A DNA stretch of 64,000 bases from Amphiscolops sp. MND2022 (lineage: Eukaryota). The number at the start of each line of letters is the position of its first letter. Position 1 is the first letter of the stretch. The notes beneath the pieces are model-generated. The model was not told where the DNA came from, did not search any database, and saw only the letters and a program-made list of their open reading frames with translations. Made by a program: the position numbers and the translations under genes. Of this stretch, positions 61,830-64,000 are shown one piece after another. The DNA lies in the NCBI GenBank assembly GCA_964187785.1, contig OZ076409.1, positions 85,872,001 to 85,936,000 of the forward strand, read 5' to 3'.

Positions 61830-64000
61830 TTAGGCAATGAGACGAACGGCAATTTTACTCAGCTAAAATTGGATGAGGAAAGAATGGGCACAACTGATTC
61901 ATTTGTTTTTGCTTCCTCTACAATTGAAAACAATCCTCCTCGTGATGTTAGTACCAGTGATGCTCAAGAAGGAGACCTGACATCCGACGGGCCTGAGAAA
62001 TTTGTCCCCAAGTTGCTGTAGACAATCCTTTTGTGACTGATGTTCTCCAGGCCTATAAATCTGAATCAGCTAATAGTACGCCCACGAGTACACTTGCCCA
62101 GAATGCCGAGAGCAGTAGCACTGATCAGAGTTGCAGTGTTTATATCACTCGTAAACGGGAACAAATTGGCGAGACTCGAGATGTGGAAACTCTCCAATAT
62201 AGGGGTTATGAAGGAGGAAAAGCCAGTGATAGCGCGTCGTTAGAACTTACTCCCTCCCAAAATCAGTTCACAGTTGAGGAAATGGAGACCAGCTCAACTC
62301 CTCAGGTTACTAACTTTGATCCTCCAACTCTTCCCACTACAAGCTGCCTCAGAACTGGATATGGCCCTTCCGACGCTAAGGTGCAAAAATTTCGTGTTAT
62401 AATCATAGACTTGAAAAAGGTGCATACGATTCCTACAGATCTCCACGTGGCCCTACTACTGATACCGGGCATGACTCTGCAGGCCCGGTGAAATCAACAA
62501 TTGCTGATGCGTTGTTTCCACCTACCCATACTACGGTTTTCTGACTAAGCGATACAGGCAGCATTACTTCAGCGGACTTCCCTGAGGTGCCTCTCCGTAC
62601 TCCGCAGCTGTCTAGGAGCGATAGCGCACTGATAAGGGAATATTTTGAAGAGGCTGAGCGTGCAATTCTTTCTACCTCCCGGGCATCCAACAATTGCCTT
62701 AAATCAGGGCCAAATTAGCCAAATGTTGAAGTTGTTAGCAGATGAAGCGGTGAGGTCGTCCATAAAGTCAATGAAAAATTTGATACAACAAGCCAGTCGG
62801 ATGATTCTCGGGACTTGCCCTGTTCCATCATCCACGAGCAGAGCTACATTGAGTTCTATGTCAGTCGGTACCAACCATGCTGGCTCGCAATTTGGGTTTA
62901 CATTTGGACATTCCAGTGACACTAGTGAAGCGTTGAGGACCGACGATGATTTTGCAAGTATTGGGTTCGTGTATGAGCATTCTGATTTCTAAGGCCAAGC
63001 TGTTTCTCGTCCGACTGGTCCTCCTGAATGTAGTCACGCAGACCCACAGTCTGGCGAGAAACATTCAGATGGACAACCCTGGTGCCCAAACGTTAGCTGG
63101 TGTTACGGCTGAAGCCGTCGCTGAGCAACAAAATTCAGTGACCCGCAAAAAGAAACAGAATGTGTCCCAGTCAACAAAATGGAGGAAGCAGACAACAAAA
63201 AACTCGGGCTTGTAAGATCATGAAGGAGGCCTATTTCAAGGGCATGGAATGGACGAAAACCTTTGTCTCTGGCCCAGTGGATCCTCGGTGGCTTCCCTAA
63301 AAACTTTACTGCCAGATCTGTGAAGGCACCAATTCGATATACGGCAGAGGGCCCAGAGAAATACTTCGCCATCATTCAACTGCGCGTCATCTCAGAAAAG
63401 ACCAACGGTGGCGATATGAGCATTTATCGACTGAAGCGCCTGTGACAATGGTAATGAAACATGATGTCAGAGGAAGGGAAGGGCAATTGCTTACTCCTCA
63501 CGAGTTAGATATGGAATTACCAAAATTCATCGACGTTCAACTCGTGGATATAGGAGAGAAAATGCATTTTTATGAAGAGTACATACAGGGAACAGACTTC
63601 ATGAGGTCATCGTCGGACAACATAGTGAAAGTCCAGATGTCTGTGCTGGGTGACTATTTACGGAGTTATGGGGACATCACAAGTTTGCGAAATTTCTGTC
63701 GTGACTTTGGTGTAGTGGATAACCATCAGTCCCTATTTTCTGACTTTGACCGGAGTAAAGAGCGATTGTCGGTAAGTATCATTTTCCAGTCGCTTCGACC
63801 TCAAGTTTTACAAGTTACCATTGTCTCAGTTCCGTCTGTATAACATTGTTTTAAGTATATTTTCTGCTGTTATAGGCCCTCTTTCATCACATGTTCTTGC
63901 AAACCGTACATGATATCGGGACACACGTGGTCGCATTTGGCGAATTTTCTCTCGAGTTCATCAAACAGGGCGTCTTCCTGTTTGAATTCATCCGCTTCTG
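61830..64000 (+). pseudogene. Decayed homologue of the antisense accessory gene
   Basis: LLADEAVRSS vs VLTDETLSRS; YCQIC...EILRHHSTARHLRKDQRWRYEH; ELPKFIDVQLVDIGE; same ERLS|gtaag intron (63772-63875). Confidence 0.85.

Larger units (their letters stand above)
41930..64000 (-). mobile_element. Older, decayed relative of the 16.3-kb Gypsy element (split by it; continues past the window end)
   Basis: 3' LTR about 41930-43289 with gag leader MSSTRKQKAKEERSR; purine tract aggggag next to it; decayed homologue of the sense accessory ORF at 43177-43999; after the insertion, a decayed homologue of the antisense gene at about 61830-64000. Confidence 0.8.

Overview
This is an AT-rich eukaryotic (apparently invertebrate animal) window made almost entirely of nested transposable elements, with a 200-N assembly gap at 14084-14283. 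From left to right it holds: a BEL/Pao retrotransposon lying in an intron of a host gene (one FTP/fucolectin-like exon visible); a decayed Ty3/Gypsy element tandemly duplicated as a 4.98-kb unit; a young, internally deleted Mag-like Gypsy element inside a Helentron/DINE-1-like repeat; a Tigger/pogo remnant carrying a CCC...GGG DNA element that itself carries a solo LTR; and a 16.3-kb young Ty3/Gypsy element (45013-61320, minus strand, 1846-bp LTRs, CTTTT TSD). The 16.3-kb element is the most notable feature. Its gag starts inside the LTR and reads through the PBS. Its pol is reached by a -1 slippery site and has a dUTPase-like insert. In place of env it carries about 6.3 kb of cargo: a sense ORF with a SUMO-interacting-like motif that runs into the 3' LTR, and an antisense, intron-containing gene encoding a BED-type zinc finger plus an apparently catalytically dead hAT-transposase-like body. 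It is inserted into an older, diverged relative that has the same cassette and at least one identical intron position. Family and domain assignments come from motif recognition by eye; no database search was run.
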